Below, one piece after another: positions 41,986-55,790 of a stretch of DNA of 64,000 bases. The position numbers and the translations under genes are program-made. Source of the stretch: the human T2T-CHM13v2.0 reference genome, Homo sapiens; NCBI RefSeq assembly GCF_009914755.1, contig NC_060931.1, one strand, 5' to 3'. Under the pieces are notes generated by a model that did not search any database, was not told where the DNA came from, and saw only the letters and a program-made list of their open reading frames with translations. Position 1 is the stretch's first letter. Each line of letters starts with the position of its first letter.

Positions 41986-42432
41986 TGTGATTGGTTGGAT
42001 TATGTCCTCCCAAAATTCGTATGTTAAAGAGCTTAGTACCTCAGAATGTGATCTTATTGGAACATAGGATTGTTGCAGATGTAACTAAGATGAGGTCCGA
42101 CTGGAGGACAGTGGGCCCCTTGTCCAATATGACTGTTGTTCTTATAAAATGGGAAAATTTGGAGACACACAGACAAGGAAAACACCATGTGAAGATGAAA
42201 CAGATCAGGGTGATTTTTCTAAAAGACGAGGAACCAGGAAAATTGTCAGCACACCACCAGAAGCTAGGGGAGAAGCATGAAATAGATTTCTCCTCATGGC
42301 CCTCAGAAGGAATCAACCCTGCTGACACCTTAATCTTGGAGTTAGCCTCCAGAACACTGTGACAATAAATTTACGTTGTCAGAGCCACTCAGTTTGTGGG
42401 ACTTTGTTATGGCACCTCTAGGAAATTATAAC
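41986..42432 (+). mobile_element. MaLR MLT1B/C-type LTR
   Basis: ccctcagaaggaatcaaccctgctgacacct...cctccagaac motif, ends TAACA. Confidence 0.82.
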
Positions 42433-42984
42433 AATTTTTAAACTCCTAAAAAATACTTGGCACTCTCCTTTGGGGCATGCCTTCAGAGCCCAAAGCACTT
42501 TATTTTGGATATCCTTAAATGGTGACATATTCTTGTCTTCTGAGATATGAGTAACAGCCCAGAGTTACTCATATCTATGAATATAATGGATCACTTGTAT
42601 AGGTAGTACAGCATTCTTTTAATTAATTACAACATCCAAATTAATTAATTTACAATATAAATTGACTGCCCATCTCAACAACTGCCTTTGGCAGAGAGTC
42701 TAAAAGATGTTTTGAATGGTAGTATTCTTAGGAATAAAAAGCATAACCTCCTAAGATAACCACCTTGAAATATATCAAAATGCAGGTGTTATAAATCCTG
42801 TTGCTTTGTTTTAAATTTTCATTCTTTATAGCCCTACTATATATACATGAGTTATATTATGAATAGTGTGAGCAGTGCCTTGTGATACCAGGTACTTGAC
42901 AAGAGGTGTATGTGGGGAATGATCCCAACCCCTTAGCCTAAGCAGTTTCCTTTCTATCTGATTCACATTTTACATTTCCATTCT

Positions 42985-43195
42985 AGATAAAGACTGCCTA
43001 ACAAAACTTTATGTGATGATAGAAATGTCTTACATCTGCATTGTCCAGGACAGGGGCCACTAGTCACAAGTGGCAGTTGAGCACTTGAGATGTAGCTAGT
43101 GCAACAGAGGAACAGATATTTTAATTTTAATTAATTTTAATTCAAATGGCCACACGTAGCTATTTGGCTGCTGTAGAGGACAGTGCAGTCTTAGA
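42985..43195. mobile_element. MER3/MER33-type DNA transposon
   Basis: tgatgatagaaatg...gccactagtcac...gagcacttgagatgt. Confidence 0.7.
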
Positions 43196-43757
43196 TTTTA
43201 ATCTGAAAATAGAATTTTACTGCTAACAAAGTCTGAAAATAATCAGTAAAAATGAATGAATAGGAAAACTTCTGCTAAAATGGAGTAATTGATTATTCTG
43301 ATCAATTCTCCCAGAAAACACAAGTATGTAAATTTCCTGGCCACATGAGGATTGACTTTACCGCCACTGAGCATAAAACTTAATCAGTGAACTAAAACTG
43401 ACATCACTCATCATTAGCCAGCAGGGGGAGCTGGAGAGTAGCATGGTAGCATTTTCTTTGGAGAGGTTCTTTTTTTTCCCCTTCTATGTGTTGGTGGTCT
43501 ATGTGGAGGCTCTTAAAATACGTATTCTGTCCAGGAACTCCAAACCCTCTGCTTCTTGCACATCCAGTGTTAGCTACATACTCTGCCTGTGTCTGTTTCA
43601 AAGGATCCCCAAGCAGTAGGAACTTGATTCAAAACAAAACAGTTCAAAATCCAATTAATTACAAAACCTGGTCTTTCCCACTTCCCTTTATTAAAATGTG
43701 ATTAATGTTTAGATTTTTATATTGTTTTTTAGCTTTCTTCTGCTTCTCCCCATATTA

Positions 43758-44039
<282 letters not shown>

Positions 44040-46129
44040 TCACTAGTCAGCCTCAGAAACCACAAAAATATTTTCTTAACTTATAGGAGATTAAACATCA
44101 GTTTTTTAAAATTTTTGTACCCAGAGCTATATCTGTCATCACCTAATGATATATGTACAGTCTATGTTGATGATAGAAATGTAGTAAAGGAACACCATGG
44201 CTAACGATTGCATAATGGAAGTATTCTGAGTAATAATGCCCATAACACATAAAAACAAATCAGGCATGACTGAGACTCACTCCCTAACTGTAAGCTCATC
44301 TACAAGTGACTATACATAGCAACAGATTGAACATACACACTAACAAACCCAAGTAGGTGACACTTTAATCATTAAACCTCTAACCACCAAAGGCCAGTTA
44401 ATCAAATTTTTCTATTGCCCAACATATTCAAATATTATATTAAAAGTTTCTGTAATCTTTGTAAAAACATGTGTTGACCAAAGCCCACATCACAAAAAGT
44501 TAGCAGACATCGATTCCTTAGCTAGTAAAATATCCAAAAACTTTAAGAAATAAACATAGGTCTGGCCAACTGGTGTTTATTCAACTGAGTAAGATTCTTG
44601 AAATAAATGTTCATATTCTATTACCATAATCTCAGAAGAAATGGTGTGTGTGCCTTTAGCTTGAATAAAATTGGATTTAAGAAAAACTATACTGACATTT
44701 TTACTTTTTTATCTTATTTCTCCAAAGATTAGCAAAAACTTTCTCTGATCAAGGTTTGGAAACACTGCTTAAGGACCTCTATAGATTAGATTCAGAACAA
44801 TTAACTATGATGAATAATTTTCTGTCCTTGAGTGGAGAAGGAGGTTGCTCTTTCCCCTCTAGCCAGAAACAAGGACTATGGGCAGTCACTGAGAACTTTG
44901 CCAAGAGTGACTGGCTATGCAAATTATGCAGTCCAACAGATCAATCTATGTCCAGGTTTGACATTGCATCATAAAATATCACAATCCCCCACCATTTCAA
45001 AATTTAACTAAAATTAACTTTGAAGAATTCCGAACTTCTCATGCAAAAGGAAACAATGAAAATACCACAAAGTATTTTGCGTTGTTACACTGGCCTAAAT
45101 GTCTGATTTTTAAACAGAAAAAAAAATCATCTTAAGAGTATTATAAATGACGAATTACTGAAAGCTATGGGTAATACTGAAATTTTGAGAAACTTAAAAA
45201 ATACTTTATATATATTTTTCCTTTTTAAACTTGCTCTCAAAGTCATGAGTATACTATAAACATCACAAATTTAGTCAATAATTTGATGTCACATATTTTA
45301 CATAAGACATTAAATATCCTTAAATAATATATGTAGTATAAAGACTTCACTTCATAAAAATCATAAACAAGGAAAGGTTAACTTTCCAAGTCCATCTTTT
45401 TAAATTCTTGCACTCAAAGAAAATCCATTTGTCTCCTTTGCTAATGACATGAGTCCTTTCTGTGTTGATGACAGAACAGTTCTTGGAACTCTCTAGCTCC
45501 ATCCAGCAAGGAACAGCCTATTTATATGGCTTTGTCAGGAAATAAGATATTCTACATAAATGACTTTCTCAAATATAAGTATATAATGTTCTTTCTCATT
45601 ATAAGTATACGATGCTCAGTGCTGAACTTACTTTTATTTTAGAAAGCATTTGTATATAACTGTCCTTCTTCAACAGAAGATAATGAATTTATTCTGAAAC
45701 TTTTTCTGAAAACTCCTTTAAGTAAGCCCAACATCATACCAACATATTACTGTGGTCTACATCTCCTTGTCATTTTCCTGTCTACTTTAATATCATATTG
45801 TGAGATAGTACTACTCTTGCTAATGTGTCAAGCTCTAGAAAATACCATCCATTTTACATATGAGTAAACTGAGGCCTTTGACAGTCAAGTAGCTTGCTAA
45901 AGTTACAGGCCAGAGTGTGGCACAGTCTATTCCAAAGCCTATGCTCCAACTACTATGTTAAAATAAATAAATAAACACATTTTTTAAAGTTAGTATTCTA
46001 AAAACGTATTAAACAAACGTCACTGGGGCTTAAGTGAGAGTCCGCTAAGTTGCGGTATGTGCATAGAATTGCACTGAATGAGGAGCAAAGGAGACTGGCA
46101 CCTGATAAAGTTGCTTTCTGCAATACAGG

Positions 46130-46380
46130 TTATTCTAGAATTGGGTCCCCCACCCAAATGCATATGTTGAAATTCTACCTCCCAGTACCTTAGAATGTGA
46201 CTGTATTTGGAGATAGAGTTTATAGAGATTGTTGAGTTAAAATAAGGTCATTAGGGTGGGCCCTAATCCAGTATGACTGATGTACTTATTAGGAGAGGGT
46301 ATTTAAATATATATATATATTTAATATATATATGGAAGACATAGTGAAGACACAGGGAGAAGATGGCCATCCGCAAGCAG
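46130..46380 (+). mobile_element. MLT1 LTR, 5' half
   Basis: agaatgtgactgtatttggagatag...ccctaatccagtatgact. Confidence 0.75.
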
Positions 46381-47761
46381 TCATTGCAAACTAATATAAG
46401 GGATATAAGGGATTTTAAAAACCTCAGGTTCTCAGAAGTCTTCACCATCTCCATTTACATAAAATAGTCTTATGATAATGGAGGAGGAAACTTACCATGT
46501 AACAAATCTAAAAATAAGTGTGCTATCATTTGCAGTACTTGTACATTGTCCATCTAGGTGCAGCTTCCATCAGAAAAAAACTCACTTTGTTTTTTAACCT
46601 GGATTATCACTGTCTACATCACAAATTCCAGAAAATAACGAGCTCTGGGCAGCATCTACTCAGGACAGTAGCTGACATAACTTACTATAAATTTCCTAAT
46701 GCTTATTTTCTCTTTGTGTTGTTTTTAGCACAAATATACAATAAATAAACAAAGTTAGGAAGCACTTAAATAAACAGGAAATCTGTGTTACAATGATAAT
46801 TTTTACCATCTCAACAGTTGTACACAGCCAGATTTGGAGATTGTCCTGGACTTGAACCTCTGCCCATATCCAGGACAAAGTAAGTGAGCAGAGATCTTGC
46901 TATCTATCACGTAAGACACTAATTCTCAAATGCTTTGCGGCCTAGCACTAAGATAAATTAAAGGAAACTGAAATACTTATCCATCTGGGAATGTCACTTC
47001 AATCACAAGGAAACTGCTTGGAAGAAGAGCTTGGTTTGAAGCAAGATCAATGGTTAACTCCAAGTCACCAAATTTTAAACATCTGAATACCGTCCCCACT
47101 TGAGAAGATGGTTGGGTGCAGTGCTACATGGCGGTTAGGTAAGAAATGCTAAACGCACCTATACTTTGTAATGTTATTGTTAATAACCATAGGCTAAATG
47201 AAATCGCATCATTTAATCTTCTTAACAACCTGAAGAGAGAGGTATTTTTATTATCACTATTTTAAAGGTGAGAAAACCAGGACTTAAGGGAGTTATGTAA
47301 ATTATAGAAGCTCACTTAATAGCAAGCAGCACAGCTATGATTTTAACCAAGGTCTTTCTGAACAGATCATGCCATTAATGATATACTGACTTCAAAGTCC
47401 CAAATGAGAACAATCATTTTTTTTAAAACTAAAATTATGTTTAAAATATTGAGAGCTCTAAAAGTCATGAAAAAATCTATTTGTCTGGAACTTGGATATT
47501 TATCAAGTTAACTCTCATAAAAAGAAAACTTCACAATAATTTAGCAAAATGGCTTTTCAGATGTTCTTAAATATATGTGAACCATGTGAAATAAAGGGGA
47601 AATGGTATACATGGGAAGAAAAGCAGGCCATGAAGTTACCTAAGATATTTTTCAAGAAATAATTGCACCAGAGGTTACTGAATCACAGGCTTAATTTTTC
47701 AGCACAGAGGAAATTACCAAAGCTAAAGCTTTAAACATCTGGTTTGAAGGTGCACCACTTA

Positions 47762-47926
<165 letters not shown>

Positions 47927-47941
47927 TCAACAGCTGTAACT

Positions 47942-47956
47942 CACACACAGACACAG

Positions 47957-47994
<38 letters not shown>

Positions 47995-48002
47995 ACACAC
48001 GC
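47942..48002. repeat. (CA)n microsatellite, core (CA)16 at 47960-47991
   Basis: Read directly from the sequence. Confidence 0.97.
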
Positions 48003-48461
48003 ATACTCGGAATGTCTTATAATTGACAAATACTATTTTAAATTTATATTTGCTCATGGCCTAAATTTAGCTCAGAGTATTCAATGTAGTTATTGGACAA
48101 TCTCAATGTATAGATTTTTGTGATAAATGAAGAGGTATTTTGTACTAAGGAAAAAAATGAGAAATCACTTTAATGCTCAAGGAAATCACCAACAAGTAAT
48201 TAACTGTACATCCCACAGACATACTGAAGACTTTCACATAACAAATAACCTCTGCAGAGAAATGTCCTTCATTTGATTTCAAAATGCTATGAAGTTGTTG
48301 CTCTTTGAAGCAACTGCAGATAATAGTACTAAAACAAAGAGGAAAGAATTAAGAAGGGAAAGAATTTGGCTCAACTCAAGCCTCACTCTGGGATAATTTT
48401 ATCAACACTTTTTCAAAAGTTGTAATTAAGAGGTATGTTAGAATTTTAGAAAGAACAGTTC

Positions 48462-49414
<953 letters not shown>

Positions 49415-51624
49415 GAAAGAACAGTTTTTAAAGTAAAGCATTTTTGTGCTTCTATTCTCCAATCACCTAGCACCATGTCTATTACAGAGTATTTAATCAT
49501 GACAGAGCTTTAGGTATACAGTACCACAGTCATTGTTGTAATACAATACAATACAACAGTCATTACTGGCCAGAAATCTGGTCAGTATATCAAGCTATGA
49601 TTTTACTGCAGGGCCATGAGAAATTGAGGTATACAAATGCAAATCTCATTACACACACAGTATTAAGGCAACTCTGGGAAACTGGATGGACATTCCCATC
49701 TGATCTATGAAGTAATATAGACTGGGCTTAGTAAAGCAAGCTTGACATTCAACAAATAACACAAAGATAGAGAACCAAAAAGGAAAAAAGGGAGACATGA
49801 GCAAATAAGGCTCCAACAGAACTAGAGATTAGGATTATTATGAAATCTTATTTTTTAAGATAGTCATATCGATAGAAGCAGTTTCAAAATTCCTGACCAC
49901 AGAAAATCTTCGTTTTTTTCTTTGTTAACTTTTTTTTTGATTACTTGGAAATACACAATAAAACATCCAAACACTTGGGCACACATTTTTTTCCCCCAAA
50001 TAATGGGCTAAACGGGTGTACTTTGTGTTCATATGCCTTCAACAAGGTTCAGGGAACTAGTCAAAGTTCAAGCTACTCACCATAAATTAATATTATCTCA
50101 TAACCTTTTGGGCATAAAATAAATGGAAGTGAAATAAATTATCTAGAAATGTACAATCTGAAACTCTTATCACTGACAGATTTTATCTAGAGAAGGAATA
50201 ATGAATAGAAGATGAGCAGTACAAAAAAAACCAGAAATAATGAGAAAACACATTATCTGATGTCAAGTTACTTGATTTAGTTAATATATCAATTTTTTTA
50301 AACTTTACCTTCTAAAATAAATACAGGTTGTTTCCTTATTGTGACCACTATCAATCTGAGACCAAATGTGGAAGAAAACAGAGGAGACCATTGAGGTTCT
50401 GGCACAAATACTGAGGTCTGGTCATAAAGTAACACACAGGTTGATTGGTTCCTTGCATGGAACAGCTAAAAGCACAAAGCCCATTCTATGTAAAGGCTGG
50501 GTTCTGCAAAATTTGGCAGATAATAAACTTTAATGGTACTTTTCATTCACACTGCTATTAGTGCAAAAGCAATAAAAAACCTGACAAACTTTTTTTAAAG
50601 AACTGCTTTTACACTTCACTTTTAAACAGCCCTTGCTCCATCCTGGTGATGTAATGGGAAAGATTTATGAAAGCAAAACAGTGATGTGTGCCCTCAACTG
50701 GAATGGCAGTGGGCACCTATTTAGCACTGCAGGACTCAGGAGCTATTTGCAGATGGCCTCTTAACAGAATAGAAGAAAGTGTCTAAACAAGAATACATTC
50801 ATTTCAATTTCCTCATATTTCTTAGAATTACTTTAAAATCAAAACATTTCATTTCAAACATGTTAAGTTAATTCATTTTGAACTTGCTGTATCTTAGAAG
50901 ATTTACCAAATATTGGTATGGCATATATACTCTAATGCCCATGTTTAAAATCCACAAGAAAGTAAACAAATTGCTAAAACCCTTTTAATTACCAAACAGC
51001 AGACAATAAAAAGCTGAGGTAACAGGATCCAGAACTAATGATAAGATGTACTCTCTATGGCTTAAATGTCAAGGAGACACATTTATCATTTGAAAACAGA
51101 AAAAAATAAGAGAGACAATCTCTTGACCAGTAAACCACAGAAACCGATTCCCTGGAGTCAAGTACTTTATCACTCCCCTAATAAAGTTACCAGAGACAGG
51201 GAGAAAATATGATTTTCAAAGACAGCAAACAAATTCCTATATTAATGGGAGATTTCATGTTGTTAAAAGCTCTTAACTTTGTATTAAACTAGTTAGAATC
51301 TGAGCTAACTTTTCACCTTTTCAGGAACTCTCTCTACTTACTTAGTGCCGTTGTACATTGGAAGCATGAGTGTCTTCACAGAGATACATATGTGTGAGTG
51401 TGCCAAAGCACCACTGACATGTAAATTGGAGTGTGCAGAGTAGCCACTAGTCTGTGGTTACTACTTAGTATTCAAAACAGTCTCGAAGCACAATAGTAGA
51501 TTCACCAAAGAATCTTTGAAGACTACATCAGCACCAGAAATGACTTCTATTTTACTGTTCAATTGCCAAATGACTCTCTTCGCTCTGAAACAAAGACAAT
51601 ATAATCTTTCTCTCTTCTGGAGAC

Positions 51625-51830
51625 TTACTACACTTTAAAATGTTGAAGATGCACCAGGGAACTTGTCACAGATGCAAATGCCCAGTCCTTGCCCGTTCCT
51701 CCCTGCCTTCCCCTCCATTCTGATTGAGCACATCTGGGCTGGAGCCCAATAACGCATATTTTTAAGAATCATCCTGGGTGGCTCCTACTGCAGATGGCCC
51801 AAGAACTACATATGGAAAATCACCATTTTA
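51625..51830. mobile_element. MER5-type DNA transposon
   Basis: atgcaaatgccc...ttctgattgagcacatctgggctggagccc. Confidence 0.6.
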
Positions 51831-52638
51831 CTAAAACAGAATTACTCTACAAAGTTTGTGGGGAAAAAGTCTGGCCTCCCTCCATGAAAACAACCAGCAT
51901 TCACAGACATGCAAAAGTGTTCGACATCACATCACTAGCAGTAAATGCACTAATTTCCCTCAATGAAGTAAGCAAATGTTAATAAGTAATAATACCCAGT
52001 GAGTGCAAGGGTGAAGTGCAAGTGGTAAGCCAAACATGACTAGTAAAAATCTTAAGACTGAGAAATGTTATGCTCGTTTATGCTAGCTATAAAAGTTGTC
52101 CCAACCATTTCAACTGCTGAAATAAAAGATAAAAAAATGATGAATAGCTATTTTCAAGTAGCCAAGTGTGGAACTGTGAGAGTGTTTCTAGATCGTGCCA
52201 AACACACAGCAACTCTTCAAATACACCTCTTACTTAAGGTGGAAAATGATTCTGCCTGTCGCAAACAGGAGATGTAGGCTTCCTAGTCATCTGTTCACTA
52301 TTGCAGTCAGCATTTTATAAGACTTTATGTAGGTGTTCAAGAATTTTCAAACCAATCATTTGTGAATGTGAATCTTTTCTATTATTAACTTCAAAATTGG
52401 TAAAATTATTTTAGAACATATACTATATTTAGTCTATGATACCCATGTTTAAGCAGCCTGTGGAATTAAAGACATATACAGAGTATACCAAATAAAATTT
52501 TACAAATTATGGTTTGGAAATGTGCTTTAGACACAGAAAAGAAAATGCTAGTTTTCAGAAGTATTGGGATTATTAACTGTTATCATGTAGCATAAACATT
52601 CAAATTAATAATCATGTACCTAAATTACTCTAAAGTAT

Positions 52639-53002
52639 TGATATGGTTAGGCTTTGTGTCCCCACCCAAATCTCATCTTGAGTCGTAATCCCCCTATCCC
52701 CACATATCAAGGGACAGACTAGGTGGAGGTAATTGAATCATGGGGCAGTTTCCCTCACGCTGTTCTTTTGATAGTGGGTGAGTTCCCAAGAGATCTGATG
52801 GTTTTATAAGGGGCTCTTCCCCCTTCGATCAACACTTCTCCTTCCTCCCACCATGTGAAGAAGGTGTCTTGCTTCCTCTTCACCTTCTGCCATGATTGTA
52901 AGTTTCCTGAGGCCTCCCCAGCCATGCTGAACTGTGAGTTAATTTACAAATTACCCAGTCTTGGGCAGTTCTTTCATAGCGGAGTGAAAATGAACTAACA
53001 CA
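52639..53002 (+). mobile_element. MaLR THE1D/MSTA-type solo LTR
   Basis: TGATATGG...AACACA termini with perfect TSD AGTAT. Confidence 0.92.
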
Positions 53003-53065
53003 AGTATCTAATTTAAAAGGCTGAACTGTTGTTTTAGATTGTGATTATATCTATTTTGAACTCAC

Positions 53066-53140
53066 CATAAGTTCCTGTTCATATGTCCAAACGCCACAAG
53101 CCAGTTCTACACAGAAAATGACAAGCAAACTTCCAAAGTA
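53066..53140 (-). CDS. TSPAN12: TSPAN12 coding exon (exon 5 in usual numbering), 75 nt, [25 protein letters not shown] (TM3 region)
   Basis: Translated by hand. Acceptor ttttctacag|TAC and donor ATG|gtgag, phase 0 at both ends. Matches the recalled TSPAN12 protein. Confidence 0.96.
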
Positions 53141-54429
53141 CTGTAGAAAAACAGAAAAGTATGCTGTTATAGTATCAGAATAAAATAGGCTCCTCAAAGA
53201 CAGACTTGGTATTATGTTTACCTAGTGACCAAGAAAACAGAGGCAAGTTTTCATGAAGCCCCTCAGAAGCAGATGGGGAAATTATCAGCAAATTTAGAAA
53301 TATCTGCAGATAACATTTAATATTCATCTCAGTGAGCCCTAATTTATTAGCCGTCTCCTGAGAAAAATCTTTTATAAATGCCACTAGTTTCATTAGGATA
53401 AATAAGAATTTACATGTTCTAGTTTGATAAACTTTAATCAAGTTCTCCAAGAAAGGGGACCTAATTCCTTTCAAAGTGGACGAGGTGAAGTCAACAAGTT
53501 CAATGCTCTGCACCATGAGCAGATTTTAACTCATTCTTCTAGGCAATGGGGGTTGGGGGGTTTCCTTTGCATTCTTGGAAAAAGCACAACATAGAACAAA
53601 ATCTCAACTACTGTTGACACTTTCTATAGTAAGTTTCTATTATGGGGAAGGCACTTGGGATATATAAAAGAATATCAAAATTCTGATAAGGCATGCGCAG
53701 GCAAAAAAAAAACACAAAGTTGAATATGGTGTCAAAAACAGAAATGGAGATAAAAATTCAAGATTCCTATGAAATAGAGAAATATGCAGTGTTCCAAAAG
53801 GTGAAGAGGATTGGAACAAAGAAGAGAAGAGAGAATACCAGGCAAATAAAAGCCATGAACAAGTGTGCAGAGTCAGCTGCAAAGTCAAGCAAAGAATCGG
53901 GGAACAGGAAACAGATCCATCTAGCTGGAGTGGGGTGGTCAGAAAGAGGAATGAGAAGAGATCAAAGGTGAAAGATGCACTGAAGCCAGATTATGGTGAA
54001 CTTTAAATAATACACTAGTGAATTTTAAATCCATCATGTAGGCATTAAGGTAGCATCTTTCAAAGGTTCTGAATAGGGGAATGACATTATAAACTGATAA
54101 AATAAAGGCAAAGTTCTCAATGATTTGGAAAAAGGAAGGCTGAGGGGGATGGTGAAGATGCCTTAGAAGGCAGCACAAGAGGAGGCATGAAGCGAGCAGC
54201 TGAACTTAGATGGTAGCCTTGAAAATAGGCAGAAAAGAATCATTTTAAAAGGCACAGGAAAAGAAAATTGACAAGGCATTAGACTCATTGAATTTAGAAT
54301 GGAGGAGAATGATGTATTTCACCAAAGCAGATAAATTGTCAGGGGTAAACAGCTCTGTGGGAAGATAAAAAATCTAATTTTATTTGATTAACATAAAAAT
54401 GTTTATCTAAGTATCAGAAATGTAGATTT

Positions 54430-54735
54430 GGCTAAGCGTGGTGGCTCAGGCCTGTAATCTCAACGTTTGGGTTTTGGGAGGTGGGAGGGTCACTTGAGTC
54501 CAGGAATTCGAGACCAGCCTGGAAAATATAATGAGACCCCATATCTACAAAAAGAAAAAAAGAAGAAGAAAAGAAAATTAGCCAGGCATGGTGGTATGTG
54601 TTTGTAATCCTAACACTTTGGGAGGCTGAGGTGGGAGGATCACTTGAGCCCAGGAGATTGAGGCTGTAGTGAGCAATGATCATGTCACAGCACTTCAGCC
54701 TCGGGGACAGAGAGAGAACCTGTCTCAAAAAAAAA
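54430..54735 (+). mobile_element. AluJ
   Basis: Diverged Alu with TSD TGTAGATT. Confidence 0.92.
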
Positions 54736-55189
54736 GTGTAGATTATTTGAAGCCCACATAGCCGAGGGTGGAATTGAAAACCATTATTATGATTAGAAAA
54801 AAACAGCAACTTTTGGATAGTGCTGTTTATCAAGTACTTTCACAATTAATTCACTCAAGAATCCTGTGAAACAGATAAGGCTACCTCATTTTACAAACAA
54901 GAAAATTAACACAAACAGCAGATAATGTGACTTCCACAAGAATGTGCATAATGAATTTGAGAGGACTGGATCACTGTAGCTGTGTTCCTGTGTCATACCT
55001 TGCCCAGTTGTGGTGGTAATTTTACAGAGGCAAGCAGCAAAAATATGAGAAAGAACGAGCTCTCTGAAAATCATCCTACTAATTTTAGCAGGAATAAAAC
55101 TTCTTTGCAATTATGAATATTCCATTCTATTTACAGTGGGAGGTCAGGGTGGGAGTACCAGGTAGTGACGATTTGTGAATATCCTCCTT

Positions 55190-55790
55190 CACTGGACTGA
55201 AAGCTCCACTAAGGGCAGGTACATTCTTGCATTCCTCATCACATAATAGGTGTTCAACGAGTATTTGTTAAGTAAAAGAATAAATGCAAACAAAGCAGAA
55301 AGGTATGATAGTGAGTAGGACTGGGAGCTACCTTGGACTGGGTGATCAGGGAAGGTCTTTTGATAAAGGTGATCTTTAAAATGAGTCAGCACAGACAAGA
55401 AAGAAGCAATGCTGTTAAGACTTCAGAAAAAAGCAATCCAGGAAGAGGAAATACCAAGTGTGATGTGGCCTTACATGGTGAGCTAGCTAGTTAAAAACTC
55501 AATGGTAACTGGCACACAGAAAGAGTGGGATGGGGTACAGGGTATGCAAGTAGACGTTATGATGTGCCAAGAAACAGATCATACTGAGCCATGGAAAGGA
55601 TTTTGGATTTTATTCTATGGGTAATGCAAATCCATTAGCAGGTGGCGTGATCTAATGTACATTATAAAAACATAATTCTGGCAATTTTGTGAAAAAATGA
55701 CCTGTAGAAAAGCAAGGTGTGATGAATCTAATAAAAGATTGCACAAGTAGAATGAAGGCAAGAAAATGGAAAAAGTGGACTGAATTAGGA
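55190..55790. mobile_element. L2 fragments
   Basis: cagggaaggtc...aaggtgatcttt and ttttggattttattcta blocks. Confidence 0.6.

Noticed and set aside
41991-42362. 123-aa ORF
   Set aside because: It lies entirely within an MLT1 LTR and has no coding signature.
51335-51470. TACTTAGT direct repeats about 120 bp apart, suggesting a small hAT element
   Set aside because: No clear terminal inverted repeats; could be chance.
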